Source: an uncultured Gammaproteobacteria bacterium
Lineage (GTDB): Bacteria > Patescibacteriota > Patescibacteriia > Patescibacteriales > UBA12465
DNA: 24,000 nt
Direction of reading: 5' to 3'
Assembly (NCBI GenBank): GCA_964648205.1
Contig: CAZYNT010000010.1
Span: forward strand, 1-24,000
The notes below the pieces were generated by a model that saw only the letters and a list, made by a program, of their open reading frames with translations, was not told where the DNA came from and searched no databases. Positions 23,355 to 24,000 of the stretch are shown piece after piece. The stretch's first letter is position 1; every line of letters starts with the position of its first letter. Both the position numbers and the translations under genes were made by a program.

Positions 23355-23378
23355 GTCCTTATTGATAAGGGCTTTTTT
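23355..23378. terminator. Bidirectional rho-independent terminator between convergent genes
   Basis: GUCCUUA-UUGA-UAAGGGC is a 7-bp stem with one U.G pair and a tetraloop. It is followed by UUUUUU on the plus strand and preceded by AAAA, which gives a U-run on the minus strand. Confidence 0.6.
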
Positions 23379-23393
23379 AATTGTCTTTATCTT

Positions 23394-24000
23394 TTAACGT
23401 CCCTGTTTTTTAACTTCGGCCGTTACCGCCTTAATTTTTTTATTGTCGCCCAGATAATAACGCCGGATCGGCTTCAAGCGCTTATTAAATTCGTAGACCA
23501 GGGGAATGCCATAAGGGATGTTTAGCTCCCCGACTTGAGCTACTGATAATTTGTCTAAATGCTTAGCCAGCGCCCGCAAAGTATTACCCGAAGACGCAAT
23601 AATAATCAGATGGCCCTTTTTTATTTCCGGCGTAATCTTTTCGCGCCAAAGCGCCCTGACCCGTTTTTCCACGTCTTTCAGGCTCTCGCCGCCCGGCGGT
23701 GTCGCGCTATAACCGCGGCGCCATAAATTAAATTGTTTCTCACCGTATTTTTTTCTGATTGCTTCTTTGCTCTGGCCTTGCAAATCGCCGTAATGCCGTT
23801 CATTCAGGCGCCAATCCGGCTTAATCGTTATGCCCTTCAATTTCATCTCCGTTAAAACCAATTCTAAGGTTTTCTGCGCTCTTTTTAGTTCCGAAGTAAA
23901 CGCGTAATCAAAAATAAATTTTTTGGCTTTCAGTATTTTTCCCGCCGCTTGCGACTCCTGGCGTCCGCGCGGACTTAAATTTACGTCCGTCCAGCCGGTA
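23394..24000 (-). CDS. gpmA: 2,3-bisphosphoglycerate-dependent phosphoglycerate mutase (partial; N-terminus beyond the window)
   Basis: The track ORF starts at an internal Met. Hand translation upstream stays open to the window edge (TGWTDVNLSPRGRQESQAAGKILK...FDYAFTSELKRAQKTLELVL). RLNERHYGDLQG and LWRRGYSATPPGGESL are typical of dPGM. Confidence 0.85.
   Translation of the reverse strand, partial: TGWTDVNLSPRGRQESQAAGKILKAKKFIFDYAFTSELKRAQKTLELVLTEMKLKGITIKPDWRLNERHYGDLQGQSKEAIRKKYGEKQFNLWRRGYSATPPGGESLKDVEKRVRALWREKITPEIKKGHLIIIASSGNTLRALAKHLDKLSVAQVGELNIPYGIPLVYEFNKRLKPIRRYYLGDNKKIKAVTAEVKKQGR

Noticed and set aside
1-24000. Looked for CRISPR arrays, tRNA/rRNA genes, transposase or integrase genes, and terminal inverted or direct repeats bounding the accessory segment.
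   Set aside because: No regularly spaced direct repeats, no cloverleaf with a canonical T-loop, and no recombinase-like ORF were found. The similarity between 3931-3950 and 11046-11060 (tttgggcc/tttggggccc) is too short and imperfect to call att-like repeats.

Overview
The window looks like a gene-dense bacterial chromosome with small-genome Patescibacteria/CPR-like gene content; this is an inference, since no rRNA or tRNA is present to confirm it. Recognisable backbone genes are ftsK and a cation-diffusion-facilitator transporter on the left. On the right are a TrmB-like regulator, a ~1,400-aa orphan protein, a tightly packed minus-strand operon (yebC-ruvC-glgA-GH57-kinase), a SIS-like protein and a partial gpmA. 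Between about 3.75 and 12.3 kb lies an atypical, entirely minus-strand accessory segment. It carries a DEAH/HrpA-like helicase and four orphan proteins, one of which has GC far above its neighbours. It also carries an 87-codon open frame with no start codon. The genes are separated by paralogous hairpin junction modules. The most notable signals there are RNA-level. A complete type III hammerhead ribozyme core sits at 10419-10480 (minus). A 1.39 kb ORF-free, highly structured region at 10884-12274 contains a ~390-nt candidate ncRNA bounded by a promoter and a terminator, with hairpin loops displaying GGAGAGAG. A three-way-junction RNA upstream of the CDF gene has the complementary CUCUCUCC in its apical loop. 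Long inverted repeats sit immediately 5' of three start codons. No CRISPR array, transposase, integrase, rRNA or tRNA was seen. All calls come from reading the sequence and motif recall; no searches were run.
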